From the NCBI GenBank assembly GCA_000002445.1, contig CP000070.1:352001-416000 (forward strand): DNA of 64,000 nt. The letters are read 5' to 3'. Made by a program: the position numbers and the translations under genes. Below the pieces are notes generated by a model that was not told where the DNA came from, did not search any database, and saw only the letters and a program-made list of their open reading frames with translations. Shown piece by piece: positions 42,201 to 52,543 of this stretch (position 1 is the stretch's first letter; every line of letters begins with the position of its first letter). The DNA comes from Trypanosoma brucei (lineage: Eukaryota).

Positions 42201-43452
42201 GGGCATCAGCGCAGACACAAACAAGGGGGTTAATGTGTCCGGTACAGTTATCCGGGTTGTACCACTAAGGAGTGAGTATCCACTTATCTTTCTTCTGCAT
42301 CGGTACTACCGGATGGAACTGGGTCTCCCTGACCCCCCGCAGCCGAGGGGAGAGGATGAATTACGTGTAGTGAGCCTTTTAACGCTTTATCAAGATTGTA
42401 ACCAGCATTTCCCAGCATCCTTCCCGCCAATCAGTGAGGCCATCACAACCATTAGCGGGAAGAATCACTGGCGGGTGATTCTACGGCTGCCTTCAAACCT
42501 TTTTGCACTTGAAACACCTAGTCACCTGGAGTACGTCTACCTCGGAAAAGGTAAACACGAAGGAAAGAGGGCAGTGGTATGCGATTTCTACAGATCCCTA
42601 CATGGCAAAGCACCCGCGTCGTTGCAGGAATATCTATCGAAGGTAACTAGTTTGAGTCCTCCGACAGTTGGTGAGGAAAAGTGCTCTAGTTGTGTTCTCG
42701 ATGGTATAAAACCTGTGGTTGTGGCAAAACCTCGTCGTGGCGGTCACAATAGCATGTATGACGAGTTGCGGCGGCTGATTGGGGAGGCCCTTCTTCAACA
42801 TGTAGGCTACGAGGGTCTGGTGGAGTGCCGACTTAGCTACATTACCGGCATCTCTGCCAGCTATGTTGGCCAGTCTTCGTCTAATGATGATTGTGTTGAC
42901 CTCTTTCGCGTAGTAATTAACACCGAGGAGTGGCTGCCATTTCAGCTACTGAGGGCTCTCGCGTCGTGCGCACGTCGTCTTTTATCCATAGTTGATCTTG
43001 AGGCTTCTCTATTTCGCCTCCGCTCCAGGTGGCCGTCGTTATTTTTGGAAGCTTCGTCTAATGAACGACTATTCTGCACGACTTTCCTGAGGCGTTATTG
43101 GGGCCTCCGCGTCTACGAAGGAGACGACGTGGACGAGTTTACAAAGGTTCCAGGTTCCATCTATCTTGTTGAACGCGTACGTCCTGTTAGCAGTGGTCGC
43201 GATTCCGGCCATTACGAGGCCTCATTACTGCTTTTGCAAGCACCGTTTCCTCCCAGCACCACAGCATTTACGAAAGTTTTGGCGTTGCATCGTAACGTCT
43301 CTGCGGCGCGCGCACGGTTCGGTTTGTGGGCACAAGTATCACGGAAACTTGTACGCCCACAGGAATCGGACGCACCTCTGGAAGCATTTGACCGAGCGGT
43401 TATCTCCACTTCCGGTGCCACTTCCTCTGGCACGGAGGTAAGGGGAGAATAA
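39253..43452 (+). CDS. large hypothetical protein of 1399 aa
   Basis: 4.2 kb uninterrupted ORF immediately downstream of a (CA)n(TA)n microsatellite. Contains a Gly/Ser low-complexity insert (GGSGTGGGSNGRDDTSGNDNGG). No recognisable domain by eye. Confidence 0.6.
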   Translation: MFRVSFPLFCTMPSVETAFRRALGAQSIVLDLVPVKKPLIDGSLSWFVDKNVEIVLVSGVCGTSPDLVAERVKSQAVQLLQICGEGDAQKGCHAIKHWVEKAAGTRSLLCSMDLQVRLLFSRQVVTDGGKLSATSSSGNQALDKVGNRIHCSIYETDAWEPYSRERHLGDVTADALLEEVLHKALQIVQRDAEVKEQHLVSESERELNLVLSCGKEPGVWSPDVNAYHLEFSHMKCKDRELCTDLGAIAVSWGVHDRSENVEMFNVPLVRLKDSSGLVYGDCLDDPQQSLIDEETVSLLEAKGAIDTITGLVDATCVRKVANSVWSIPLLHAQLLQAGLEFLCGYWSPTRVEDYMRSCGRLDIDVWLSERGRPATIPMLPRCASLLGHMCYLQESLPLEYVRSPMMLLTSAGRMDFKFYMATTTGGHVVTATSCFSSAEAACSLLFPCHSAMVQSAGVGDSHRYTDIDHQRNEHVCTLTEVNSSTNRNKKSGGSGDNDQRPSVTVRVIDVEASLRKLGVVRGSFANATVQYFDDTGQVVLQFNEMDSIRGIARMIKRVRWSKGATFTSVDLQNGPRAPVVIASRALGSTSLPKPPPYSKKFRLPIPLVPGGYSQLRFTSALEMNVIECKILEMFKNSAEDPLKWHLHYFAPCYFNKWRMTRGIVSTLMHYDPQFHYMVERCRSSSLSGGSGTGGGSNGRDDTSGNDNGGALVLRLYSGERLMEEVKLQESTLLFQVRENLIRYASRWSMEVPSLEEAAFPLKEFKKGGACTFRNFVSWFLQNSEVFTTHGENVSLELEITTNVRIQLASCRDWSGPSPTRDELCRLFLESQFPLLVPIVEIQKRLYYFFDNCTIPGELTIRCVGSDACVEGDRVIRCNYRWELLQVDSGTGVECLLASLEATEGDSRRAALEKLLTKVWTSCCAAPRPTTQAKRGSKLEGSGHPSHHCPKSTIAWYQHLLAQQRGLHKVVHEYDAKNNVLTVKGISADTNKGVNVSGTVIRVVPLRSEYPLIFLLHRYYRMELGLPDPPQPRGEDELRVVSLLTLYQDCNQHFPASFPPISEAITTISGKNHWRVILRLPSNLFALETPSHLEYVYLGKGKHEGKRAVVCDFYRSLHGKAPASLQEYLSKVTSLSPPTVGEEKCSSCVLDGIKPVVVAKPRRGGHNSMYDELRRLIGEALLQHVGYEGLVECRLSYITGISASYVGQSSSNDDCVDLFRVVINTEEWLPFQLLRALASCARRLLSIVDLEASLFRLRSRWPSLFLEASSNERLFCTTFLRRYWGLRVYEGDDVDEFTKVPGSIYLVERVRPVSSGRDSGHYEASLLLLQAPFPPSTTAFTKVLALHRNVSAARARFGLWAQVSRKLVRPQESDAPLEAFDRAVISTSGATSSGTEVRGE

Positions 43453-43944
43453 AAGGCCTCCAACATCTTAAAAGTTACGACAGTGTGAGAAGGAATGTTT
43501 GATGGAAAAAGAGAACGGATGAAGTCTGAATCTACGTGTTCGCGCGGAACTGGAATGCAGCATTTTGCACTTCACATTGCCTGGCATCGTTGCCAATTTT
43601 TATTTGATTATTTTCCTGTTCCTGTTTCAGTGAATTATTCTGGATAGTTTCATTTCCCACAGTTAGAGTGTCTGATGCTGCAACATCCCGAATGTTTCCT
43701 CTGTTCTCTCTCCGAAGTTTACCACACAACCCAAAAGGACGAATATACCCTCCCATTACGCAGTCTTTGGCAGACGCGAATTCTGACGCATCTTATAGCC
43801 ACATCAGAAGGAATTAGGTGTTCGTGCGGAGGTGGGCGTCTCTCTAGTCAGCGATACCAGACGGGGACCAAAGGAGAAGAAGTAGAAAAGGAAGCAGAGC
43901 GAGCTCGTACTTCAGGGTTGGGCAAGTGAAGTGTGTACGAATAG

Positions 43945-46620
43945 ATGATTGCTGATGCGGAATGGAGTGAATTCGCTTCTGTGGAACTTGACGATGCCTT
44001 CATTGAGTCCTACATTAGGAACGGAGGGACCGCACGCGCCAGCAGCGGTGACGATGCAAGTCGAGACGAATCTCTTCGCAGTGGGAGTGCCAGCATGGAA
44101 GAAATTTGGGGGGAATGCTCTATGCAGAGCGTATGTGACGGCTTTGTGCGTAACTTTCTTACCGACGACACGATGGGCACGCTACATTACCTGCTGAAGG
44201 ACTGCGATAGCTCGTTGAAAGATATCGCCGATATTTTGCACCGCTTCATTAGTAGTCTTGACACCACCAGGCAGGGTATTGAGGACGTGCGTCAGCAACT
44301 CCATCGAGTGATGCTTCAGCATGGCAACGCGACTTCAGCAGGTCGTGCTGTGCGGACTGTTTTGCAGCGTTTGCTTGTGTCTCCTCAGGTGGTGCGAATC
44401 ATTACCCAGGGGGGTGAGGAGGAGCTAGGTCCACAATTCAAACACAGCGTGCAGGAATTGTTGTGTATTCTCAGAAAAAGCAGAAGGTACACCAATATTC
44501 TCCTTGTAAAGGAAGACAGTGGTTGCTACACTGCCGTTCCTGCTGGTGCCAGTGCCATCCCTGTTTTGGCGGACGCTGGTAACAGAGAAACTGTGCAGGT
44601 ACCGTTGCTCGAATTCAAAATGTACCATGAGCAGATTGAACTGCTTAATCGCCTGACGGTGCTTGCATGTACGAAAGCGAAGCGGTTCCTCGCGAAGAAA
44701 ATTGCCCTGCTAAGCGTGAAGAACACCAATGTGTCCATTCAACAGGAACACATCTTGAAACCAACAACCTTTTACTCCCGTTTGATAGACGAGGCGGTCA
44801 CACTTCTCTGTCCCTCTAATGTGGGCGACATGAGTAATCAAACGAACCCGGAGTCTCCGGCATCGTTGCCTTACTGTATCGTTAAGGCTCTGCATAGCGA
44901 ACTGCGTCGCGACTACTACGACATTATGTCCAAACTCTATCTGGAGCGCATTTGTCATTATGTGATGACGCTTAATTTGATGGAGAATACGGCTTCGACA
45001 GCGAACAAAACCGCACCTCACAAAGTGTCTGCGGTTCCGTGGGTCAATGAACTACCGTTAATTACAGACGACGAGGCTCCCAGTTCACAATCGGCCTTTG
45101 AGCTGGGTGAGCGTGCCGTAATCCTCCAGAATGTCTTTGCTCCGCCGCTTGTGCCGACTGTTGAGCAGGCGAAGTGGCGCTTACACTCGTACGAGGAGAC
45201 ATTTCGCTCACTGAACATACTGCTGTGCGACGCTGTCACCCACGAGTTCATATTCACCTTCACTTTTTTTTCGGGAGACATGTCTGTATTCGTGGATGTG
45301 TTCAAGCCAACTATACAGTTTATCGTGGATTATGTAGCCGAGGTGTTGTTAGCACAGAACACCAATAATGGTGTTTGGCGTGGTTTGCATGAACAATACC
45401 CCCAGACCGCCGTCAACACGGTATGCGGCAATGATTGCTATGGATTGCTTATTTTGATACGGTTATGCCATGATTTCAATTCGCTCATGAAGGATGTGCG
45501 GAGGTTATGCTGTTTGGAGGGGTTTTACGACTCGCTGCTGCTGCAGTTGTGGCCTTCATTCCAGCAAACTTTCGAACGCCAAGTACGAGCACTTCGCCTG
45601 GCTGACGTTCCCACCCTAGCGGACTCCTTTCTTAGGGCAGAGGATAAGCAAGGAGTAAGTGACTGGGTGGCACGCATTCATCCATTAATAAAGCATTACG
45701 CGGCATTTACCAAAGCACTTGTCACCATTACCAGCGGATGCGGCTTCAACGGTAGTGATACAGAGGAGGGGTACGCGAAGGCAACGGCGCTGGCTAATCA
45801 ATCAGTGCAAAAAGATAACGCTGATGGCAACGGTGCGACCGCAAGTGGTACCACTGGCGTGGGCGGCGATGGAAACAAAAACATTTCTTCTGAGGATGAC
45901 GTGGGTTTCGAAGAGCTGCAACAGATTGCTTGGCGAATCATTGAAGAGGAACGAGCTAGTGACATGGCGGACAGTTCATCACGCTTTGCCGTCCTAGCAG
46001 GCAATCTTTCCTTTCTTCGCGTTGAAGTTGAACGTTTGCTCTGTAGTGTCACCGCACAGCTATTGGAAACCAGTCGTTGTGATCCCGATCAGCGGGAGCA
46101 CCGGAACCTCGCTTTCCTACAGAATAATGTGCGCTATATTCTCAATGAGTGGCAAGAAGCTATCCGGAACGGTGGTGCACCAATGCTTGGCCCAGACTAT
46201 TCCGCATTGGAAGAACTTGAGAAGACCTTGCGTAGCGGATTGGTACTTTCAATTATGAAACACCATTTCCCGCTCATTAATCGTGTCCTACAAAACGATG
46301 AACACATCGACGTGCTAGCCGTAGCAGAGGTCTTTCACCATAAGTGGAGGATCGAGCTTGAGGAATTGTGCAGAAACGTTCGGTCGCTGCTGCGTGACGA
46401 GAAGTGTAAAGAGGAGTTGCTGGCTCAGGTTTGCACAGAAGTGTTGCTGTGGAATACACGTTTTATTGCTTGCCTTTCAAAGGCAACTGATGATGCTGCA
46501 GCTAGTGGTGTCTCTACTCCATCATCTTCATGTTTTACTGTAACTAACCAGCAGATGATACAGCATATACGCACTCTCGCGGCGATAGCGGAAAGCAAAG
46601 ATGATGATGAGGAGGGATAG
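43945..46620 (+). CDS. large hypothetical protein of 891 aa, predominantly helical; a tethering-complex or other helical-bundle subunit is possible but unproven
   Basis: 2.7 kb ORF in the common orientation. Gly/Thr-rich low-complexity insert (DGNGATASGTTGVGGDGNK) and acidic C-terminal tail. No diagnostic motif. Confidence 0.6.
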   Translation: MIADAEWSEFASVELDDAFIESYIRNGGTARASSGDDASRDESLRSGSASMEEIWGECSMQSVCDGFVRNFLTDDTMGTLHYLLKDCDSSLKDIADILHRFISSLDTTRQGIEDVRQQLHRVMLQHGNATSAGRAVRTVLQRLLVSPQVVRIITQGGEEELGPQFKHSVQELLCILRKSRRYTNILLVKEDSGCYTAVPAGASAIPVLADAGNRETVQVPLLEFKMYHEQIELLNRLTVLACTKAKRFLAKKIALLSVKNTNVSIQQEHILKPTTFYSRLIDEAVTLLCPSNVGDMSNQTNPESPASLPYCIVKALHSELRRDYYDIMSKLYLERICHYVMTLNLMENTASTANKTAPHKVSAVPWVNELPLITDDEAPSSQSAFELGERAVILQNVFAPPLVPTVEQAKWRLHSYEETFRSLNILLCDAVTHEFIFTFTFFSGDMSVFVDVFKPTIQFIVDYVAEVLLAQNTNNGVWRGLHEQYPQTAVNTVCGNDCYGLLILIRLCHDFNSLMKDVRRLCCLEGFYDSLLLQLWPSFQQTFERQVRALRLADVPTLADSFLRAEDKQGVSDWVARIHPLIKHYAAFTKALVTITSGCGFNGSDTEEGYAKATALANQSVQKDNADGNGATASGTTGVGGDGNKNISSEDDVGFEELQQIAWRIIEEERASDMADSSSRFAVLAGNLSFLRVEVERLLCSVTAQLLETSRCDPDQREHRNLAFLQNNVRYILNEWQEAIRNGGAPMLGPDYSALEELEKTLRSGLVLSIMKHHFPLINRVLQNDEHIDVLAVAEVFHHKWRIELEELCRNVRSLLRDEKCKEELLAQVCTEVLLWNTRFIACLSKATDDAAASGVSTPSSSCFTVTNQQMIQHIRTLAAIAESKDDDEEG

Positions 46621-47829
46621 TTAAAGGGAGCAAGGGGTTGCTGGCTGACTTCTCCATTTAGGGAGGAGGGGGAACATTTGCTTTTTTTTTCTTTTTTCGA
46701 TGAAGACATCGCCGGTTATCCGATGGACCTCATTGGCATTTGTCCCTCTCTTTTGCACTCGCGCGGTGTATTGCTTTTGTTGCCTTGTCTGCTCCCCCTT
46801 TTTTTGTGGAGACAAACAAAAGGGAATTGAGGGATATCCTCCTCTACTTTTCTCTAATATACTGTTCTTTCTTCTGAACTTCTTTCTCATTTTCTCTTTT
46901 CTGTTCTTTTCTTCTTTTCACTGTTTTGGAGGCTTAGCAAGTGGCCGGCAGGGCATTATCAAGACAGAAGAAAGGAATATAAATGGGCCGTATAGCAAAC
47001 CTACGAGGGAAAACACCATTGCCATAACTCAATCGAACGGCCGTTGAGTCGCCGGAATTTTTGGAGCAAAAGTTTCTCAATGTTTAGAACTTGAATTGTT
47101 ACCACTGTCATTTTTTTTCTTTCATATCATCCTCCGCATCTCTTTGTATTGTTGAGGTGCTGCAGCGTGGCAAGGGAGAAAGAGGATAGTGAATAGTGTT
47201 ATCAAGCTTATTTATGAAGGGTTGCAGTTAACTACAAAGAGGAGGGAGAGAAACGTGAAAGGTGAAAAGTTGGGGTAGATGGAAAGTGTCAGTTAATACA
47301 TGTCTCGCCGCTCTGCTTTTGTAAGTCATTTCCCTTTTCTATTTTTTTGTGTTTTATTGTTTACTTTAAAACAGGGCATATTAACAAAGGGGGAAAGATT
47401 AAAACGCAAAAAAAAAAAGAAACAAAAAAGATAAAAAGAAACTAGGTAGGTGATAAATATTATTTTGGCTACGTCTATTTTCCCTTAGCGTTTGTTTTCC
47501 CGTTTTTTTTTAAATAGCATTTGTTTAGATTTACACGCAAAAAAAAAAACTTTCCCACATTTCATACACCCAAACTGCAACAGACAGGTGTGGTGTGACG
47601 TATAGAACAAATAGAATTTTGGAGCGAAAGGGGGCCTTTTAGTAATTAACTTGTCAACTGAGGTAAGTGCAGTACTGCACAGGAACAGGAAAGTAACAAG
47701 TGGCAGAAGGATCCGTTTTTGTACTGAGGAGTCCATCATCTGACGGAATTTCAGCAAGGGTTTGTTAAGCGAAGGTGACTGGTACGGATACATTTTTTTT
47801 TTGTGTGTGTGTGTGCCAGAAAGTGATTC

Positions 47830-49248
47830 GTGGGGAAGATGAGTTACAATACCAGTAGCAGCAGCGATAGTTTACTCTGTGAAATAGACGTCAACATTCA
47901 GCAGCAGTTGGATAACAGTAACTTTTTCCTTCCCGTACCGAAGCATCTTTGGAATGTACAATCGAAAAAAGGCAAGCAGCGATGTCAGGGGGGAGGGACG
48001 TCGCCTAAAAACACTGCACAATCCAATCAACCGAGTACTGAAATGACATGCGTCATGCTGCAGAAGAGTATGCGAAATGCTCTCTGCAACCTAGAGCTTA
48101 TGTACACGAACGACACTGAGCGATTGAAACAGCGACTGTCTGAGGAATTTCACCGCCTCCGCGAAAGCGCCGCGGAGCGGACGCGACAGCTAATTGATTT
48201 ATCAACGAAAGCACAACCTTTGAGTTACCGCGTTTTGTTTGTGCTGAACCTCCGCCGGTGGATGCTCTGCAGGGGGTTCGAATTTGCTCTGCAGGACCTT
48301 AAGGACTGGCTCCGACTGGCGCTTCTACTGCGAGAAACCGATACACTACATTTTCTAAGGGAATGCACGAAGAAGTTAGGTCCGTATGCGCGGCAGCGCG
48401 TAGAAGACGCTCTAATCCTGCACGGCTCAGATATCGATTCTGTCTGCCAAGTTGTGATGGACATTCCCGTTCCCACCGATGAAACGACAACGTTTGGGGG
48501 TCCTTATTATAATTTGACTCTTAACGATCTAATAGCAATGGGTGACGAGGATACACACAGCGTGCATGTGGTTAATGCGCAGCATACGATGCCGTCGCAC
48601 GTGCGAGAAGGGCTCGTTGAGTGGATGTTGCTTGTCAATGTGGAGTTGAATCTGCAGTTGGAGACATTCTTCCTCGCAGTTTCTATACTTGACCGCTATT
48701 TACTCCGTGCAACCATCCAACCCGATCGCGAATACCTCACGGCCTACGCTATTCTATTGCTAGCGTCGAAGGTGGAGGAAAAGTGCCTTTTCCCGTTGCG
48801 TGACTCCGTTAGACTTTGTGGGAAAACATACAAGGTGGGTGTCCTGATTGCGACAACTAACCGTATATTTGAAGTACTGGACTGCAATGTCGTGTACGCT
48901 ACGCTTAGCAACGTGGGATTCGGTTTTTTGTGGCAGCAGGAACCTGTAGCATGTGAAAAGCAGTACTCGTTTCTCACATACATCCTTACAACACTTGCCA
49001 TTCGCACGCAATACAGGCAGTATAGACTCTCTGCACTAGCAGCCGCAGCTGTCTATGTGAGCCGACTGCGGTTTAATATCCCAACGGGTCGACCCTGTGA
49101 TGAGGTGGTTGTGCTTCTGCCAGTTATTAAGGATGCAATCAGTTGCAATATATCAGCGAGATCGGGAGGTGTGTACGACCTCTTCAAGAGAAGCTGCTTC
49201 CATGAGGCCAGTCGTTTCCCGCTGCCAGACCTTCTGTACGGTCTTTGA
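47830..49248 (+). CDS. cyclin of 472 aa with a ~230 aa N-terminal extension
   Basis: Cyclin box 'MPSHVREGLVEWMLLVNVELNLQLETFFLAVSILDRYLLRATIQPDREYLTAYAILLLASKVEEK' matches the hallmark R-x2-L-x2-W-x6-L...T-LAV-x3-DR-L...QL...A-x-L-A-K-EE pattern. A second cyclin-fold half follows. Confidence 0.8.
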   Translation: MGKMSYNTSSSSDSLLCEIDVNIQQQLDNSNFFLPVPKHLWNVQSKKGKQRCQGGGTSPKNTAQSNQPSTEMTCVMLQKSMRNALCNLELMYTNDTERLKQRLSEEFHRLRESAAERTRQLIDLSTKAQPLSYRVLFVLNLRRWMLCRGFEFALQDLKDWLRLALLLRETDTLHFLRECTKKLGPYARQRVEDALILHGSDIDSVCQVVMDIPVPTDETTTFGGPYYNLTLNDLIAMGDEDTHSVHVVNAQHTMPSHVREGLVEWMLLVNVELNLQLETFFLAVSILDRYLLRATIQPDREYLTAYAILLLASKVEEKCLFPLRDSVRLCGKTYKVGVLIATTNRIFEVLDCNVVYATLSNVGFGFLWQQEPVACEKQYSFLTYILTTLAIRTQYRQYRLSALAAAAVYVSRLRFNIPTGRPCDEVVVLLPVIKDAISCNISARSGGVYDLFKRSCFHEASRFPLPDLLYGL

Positions 49249-50024
49249 TACCAAAGCGGTGTTGAGGTGAGCCCTGCTCTATAATTATCACTCTTCATAT
49301 ACAGCAAGCATGTTGCGTCATGTTGTTTGCTTCATGATTTTATTTATTTTACTGCTTCCTTCCCCTCACTATTATTCTTTATTTCTCTATTGCTGGGCTT
49401 GCATGCACTGCAGAATACATAGAAGTGACTAACGGTCCGCCGTCGCCAGAAAAAAAAATGAGGCTAAGTCGTATGGTTATGTTAGTAGAAGCTATTCGTT
49501 TCCTTTTTTGTGCTTTCAATATATATATGCCTATTTCCACCCGCTCTTAATTACTTTCCTTGCTTTAGATAAGATTTTAAAGTTTTCCATAGATTGACTG
49601 GTGTGTGAGACCAGTCGCTGATCGAATCTTCGAAGGTGAACTTCTCTCTTGATCGTTTTATTTACCTTATTTGTTGTCTTTTTTTTTTTGCTTCTTCCCT
49701 CTTTTTTATAAAGTTGTCCTTTCTTTTTTAATTTTGAATGGGGGTTCCACGGCTGGAACAAAATCTGAAGGGATTCTGGGTGTGAATACGACAAAAAATA
49801 ATCACATAAATACAAAATAAATAGGAAAAATTTGGGTACGAGTGTCTTCCCTCCTTTAGTATTTACCCTTCGACCGTGCGTATTTATGTGGCAACGCAAG
49901 GATTGAGGCAATGTTTGATGGATACAACAATCGAATTAAATGCAATGGCGTGAATATTTACTCTTTACAACGGTCACATGTGTTCATGTGCTTGCTATAT
50001 GTGTTTGTGTTTGCGTTTTTTTTT

Positions 50025-50038
50025 TGTGTGTGTGTGTG
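50025..50038. repeat. (GT)7 microsatellite adjacent to a T-run
   Basis: Direct read, in the long spacer downstream of the cyclin gene. Confidence 0.85.
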
Positions 50039-50820
50039 ACGTGAAGGTGAGTGCGGCCTGCAACCCTCTTCTGCTATGCTAATGCACGCTTTCGCATAGA
50101 TTTACACATTTTTTGTTTTTGTTTTCCTTTCTTGTGACGGGCTCACGTATGCCTGTGGGTGCTTATCTTATAGATCTTACGTTCGTACATGCAGAGAGAT
50201 ATATACATGCACTTATTTGTCGCAGGTGCAGTGCCATTGTTATTTCCGTTTTATCTCTAATTCTCTCTTTCTTTACGCAGCGTAGCGCAGATGCACTGAG
50301 TCATAAGTATCTTACATTTTTTTCTTTTTTTCTTTCTTTCTTTTACTTTTCTTTTTATGATATAATTTTTTTGTTTTCACAAATGCGTTTTTAATGAAAC
50401 GTCGCTCTTTTGCGGCCGACATCATTACCGCGTGGTCCCTACGCTCTGTGTCTTCCTTACGAGGACAATTTGTTACCTGAAGTGATCCATAAATTTAAGT
50501 ATGATACCGCGTTGCGGTTCCTCTCCTTCTGTTTGTGGGACTTACGTTTCCATTCCGTTTATGCTTTGTGAATGGTGGTGGAGGTAAAACCATGTTTTAT
50601 TTTTTCTCATCCCTTTTTTGATATTTCGTTTGTATTAGCGTTCCGTTAAGTGGAACGGGGCGGCTTCTTAAGCTGAGGTACAAGCAGTTGTATTACCCAA
50701 CCACACGTATCACATTAAATAAAGCAGAAGGGAGTTTTAGTGCACCATTTAGCACCTTCAGACAAGAGATTTAGCATTTTCTCACAGGTATTTGTTCTTT
50801 TAAAAAATTTTTATAGTGTA

Positions 50821-50990
50821 TTTTGTTTTTTGTTCTTTCTTGACACGAGACGTCCCTTTCGTTTGTTTGCTTTGTCACCCTTTCCCTTCTTTGAGCGACA
50901 TTGCCTTTATTTTTTCATTCTGTTCCCTCTTGAGGCGCTTTACTGGGGGTCACCTCTTTCCAACTCGTTTCATTCGGCTTCATCCCGCAC
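50821..50990 (+). promoter_or_regulatory. polypyrimidine-rich region: candidate trans-splicing acceptor region for FolD
   Basis: Direct read (ttttgttttttgttctttcttgac...tttcccttctttgagcgacattgcctttattttttcattctgttccctcttgag) immediately upstream of the ATG at 50996. Confidence 0.55.
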
Positions 50991-50995
50991 GAGTA

Positions 50996-51892
50996 ATGCC
51001 TGAGGCGGTTGTAATTGACGGCAGAGCGGTGGCGAAGGCCATTCAAAAGGAACTGACTGAAGAGGTCGCATTGTTGGAACGCCGTTACAAAGGAAGACGT
51101 CCGGGGCTCTCCACCATCATTTGCGGTAAGCGTAAGGACTCTCAAACGTATGTCCGCTTGAAACGTAAGGCCGCTGCCGCTTGCGGGTTTCGCAACTTTA
51201 GTGTGGAACTCCCTGCAAATGTTACGCAGGAAACTTTGGAACGGGAGGTGATTAGGTTAAACGAGGAGGAAGCATGCCATAGCATCGTTGTGCAGTTACC
51301 GCTTCCGCCGCACATCGACAAGGTGGCAGCGTTATCGAAGATTAAGCCGGAGAAGGATGCAGACTGTTTACTTCCAGTCAATGTGGGTCAGCTCCACATT
51401 AGGGAACGCAATCCTGCCATTGTTCCGTGCACCGCATCTGCCGTGATGGAGTTGCTTAGGTGCAGTGGCGTGGAAATATGTGGAAAGCGGGTAGTGGTGC
51501 TTGGACGGGGTGACATCGCTGGTCTGCCCGTTGCCACTTTGCTGGCAAATGAAGATGCCACGGTTACTGTAGTGCACTCCGCGACGCCACTATGTGACAT
51601 TGCGGACATTGTTCGAGCGTCCGATATAGTTGTGTCTGCTGCAGGTCAGCCGGGCCTTGTTCGCGGGGAGTGGATCAAGCTTGGTGCTGCAGTTATTGAC
51701 GTGGGCACCACACCCGTCGCCGATCCATCGAAGGTGCCGGGATATCGTCTTGTGGGTGACGTTTGCTTTGATGTGGCGCGTAAGCGAGCCGCTTATATCA
51801 CACCTGTGCCTGGCGGTGTTGGTCCTGTGACTGTCAGCATGCTGCTGAAGAACACTCTTACGATGTTTAAAAGAAGCGTTCGTGCCTTGTGA
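50996..51892 (+). CDS. folD: bifunctional methylenetetrahydrofolate dehydrogenase/methenyl-THF cyclohydrolase (FolD/DHCH)
   Basis: Collinear with FolD over the full length: 'AVVIDGRAVAKAIQKEL', 'GLSTIICGKRKDSQTYVRLKRKAAAACGF', 'IVVQLPLPPHID', 'KPEKDADCL', 'VPCTASAVMELL', 'GKRVVVLGRGDIAGLPVATLL', 'ATVTVVHS', 'ADIVVSAAGQPGLV', 'VIDVG', 'GDVCFD', 'ITPVPGGVGPVTVSMLLKN'. I set the start at the Met of 'MPEAVVIDG' (50996). The ORF-track extension back to 50816 translates a polypyrimidine tract. Confidence 0.9.
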   Translation: MPEAVVIDGRAVAKAIQKELTEEVALLERRYKGRRPGLSTIICGKRKDSQTYVRLKRKAAAACGFRNFSVELPANVTQETLEREVIRLNEEEACHSIVVQLPLPPHIDKVAALSKIKPEKDADCLLPVNVGQLHIRERNPAIVPCTASAVMELLRCSGVEICGKRVVVLGRGDIAGLPVATLLANEDATVTVVHSATPLCDIADIVRASDIVVSAAGQPGLVRGEWIKLGAAVIDVGTTPVADPSKVPGYRLVGDVCFDVARKRAAYITPVPGGVGPVTVSMLLKNTLTMFKRSVRAL

Positions 51893-52167
51893 GTTACAGT
51901 ACGGACGGATGGGGGCCTCATATGTCGGATCCCAATGGTAGTTGATACTTTACTTTTTCGTTGTTCCGTCCTTTTAGAGGGTGTGGTGACATATGCTGGC
52001 GGATGTAAGCACATAGCGCAACAACAACACTACTACTATCACTACTCGGTGCGTATTGTTGTGGTGGTAATGTATTGAATTATGCGGGTTCAAACGCCAC
52101 GTGATGGCAGCGCGTTTGACAGAGAAGAGAAGATATACCTTCAGTACCCCACCCGTTACCTTAAACT

Positions 52168-52187
52168 TGTGTGTGTGTGTGTGTGTG
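52168..52187. repeat. (GT)10 microsatellite
   Basis: Direct read 'tgtgtgtgtgtgtgtgtgtg' in the spacer between the FolD and PFK2/FBPase2 genes. Confidence 0.9.
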
Positions 52188-52346
52188 AAGTATTTAAACG
52201 TCGCATTTCCACCTTTGTATTTCCGTAATTTGTTCGTATTCGCACTTGAGTTGAGTTTCATATCCATTAGGTTCATAGTGGTTTTGACTGCGGTGGGTAA
52301 ACATCACATATTCGTTTGCTATGTAGTAAATGGAAAGTAAAGTGAC

Positions 52347-52543
52347 TTCCCCTCCTGCTTGTCCTTTACCACCCTGTTCCTCTTTGTTCCCGTACCATTC
52401 ATTCTTACATTTACTCTTTTGTTTCTTTACGGTACCCGAGTTGTGTTATTTTCCCTTTGTTTTCTTCCCTTATTTTGTTGTTATTACTCCCTTTGTAATG
52501 TTCCACCTTGTTTGCGCCCCACGCGCTCTCTCTTCCAGCCACG
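52347..52543 (+). promoter_or_regulatory. about 200-nt polypyrimidine tract ending in '...ctctctcttccag': candidate trans-splicing acceptor region for the PFK2/FBPase2 gene
   Basis: Direct read. The tract overlaps the first 12 codons of the ORF-track start (52508), suggesting the real start codon is the ATG at 52547 or later. Confidence 0.55.

Noticed and set aside
48265-48285. tRNA T-loop-like 'GGGGGTTCGAATTTG' and other GTTCGA occurrences (8889, 29355, 34561)
   Set aside because: All fall inside well-supported protein-coding frames and lack the surrounding acceptor/D-arm complementarity. I found no tRNA genes in the spacers.
50816-50995. N-terminal 60-codon extension of the FolD ORF (MYFVFCSFLTRDVPFVCLLCHPFP...)
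   Set aside because: It translates a polypyrimidine tract (Phe/Leu/Ser/Cys/Pro-rich) that is almost certainly the trans-splicing acceptor region. FolD homology begins exactly at the Met of MPEAVVIDG (50996).
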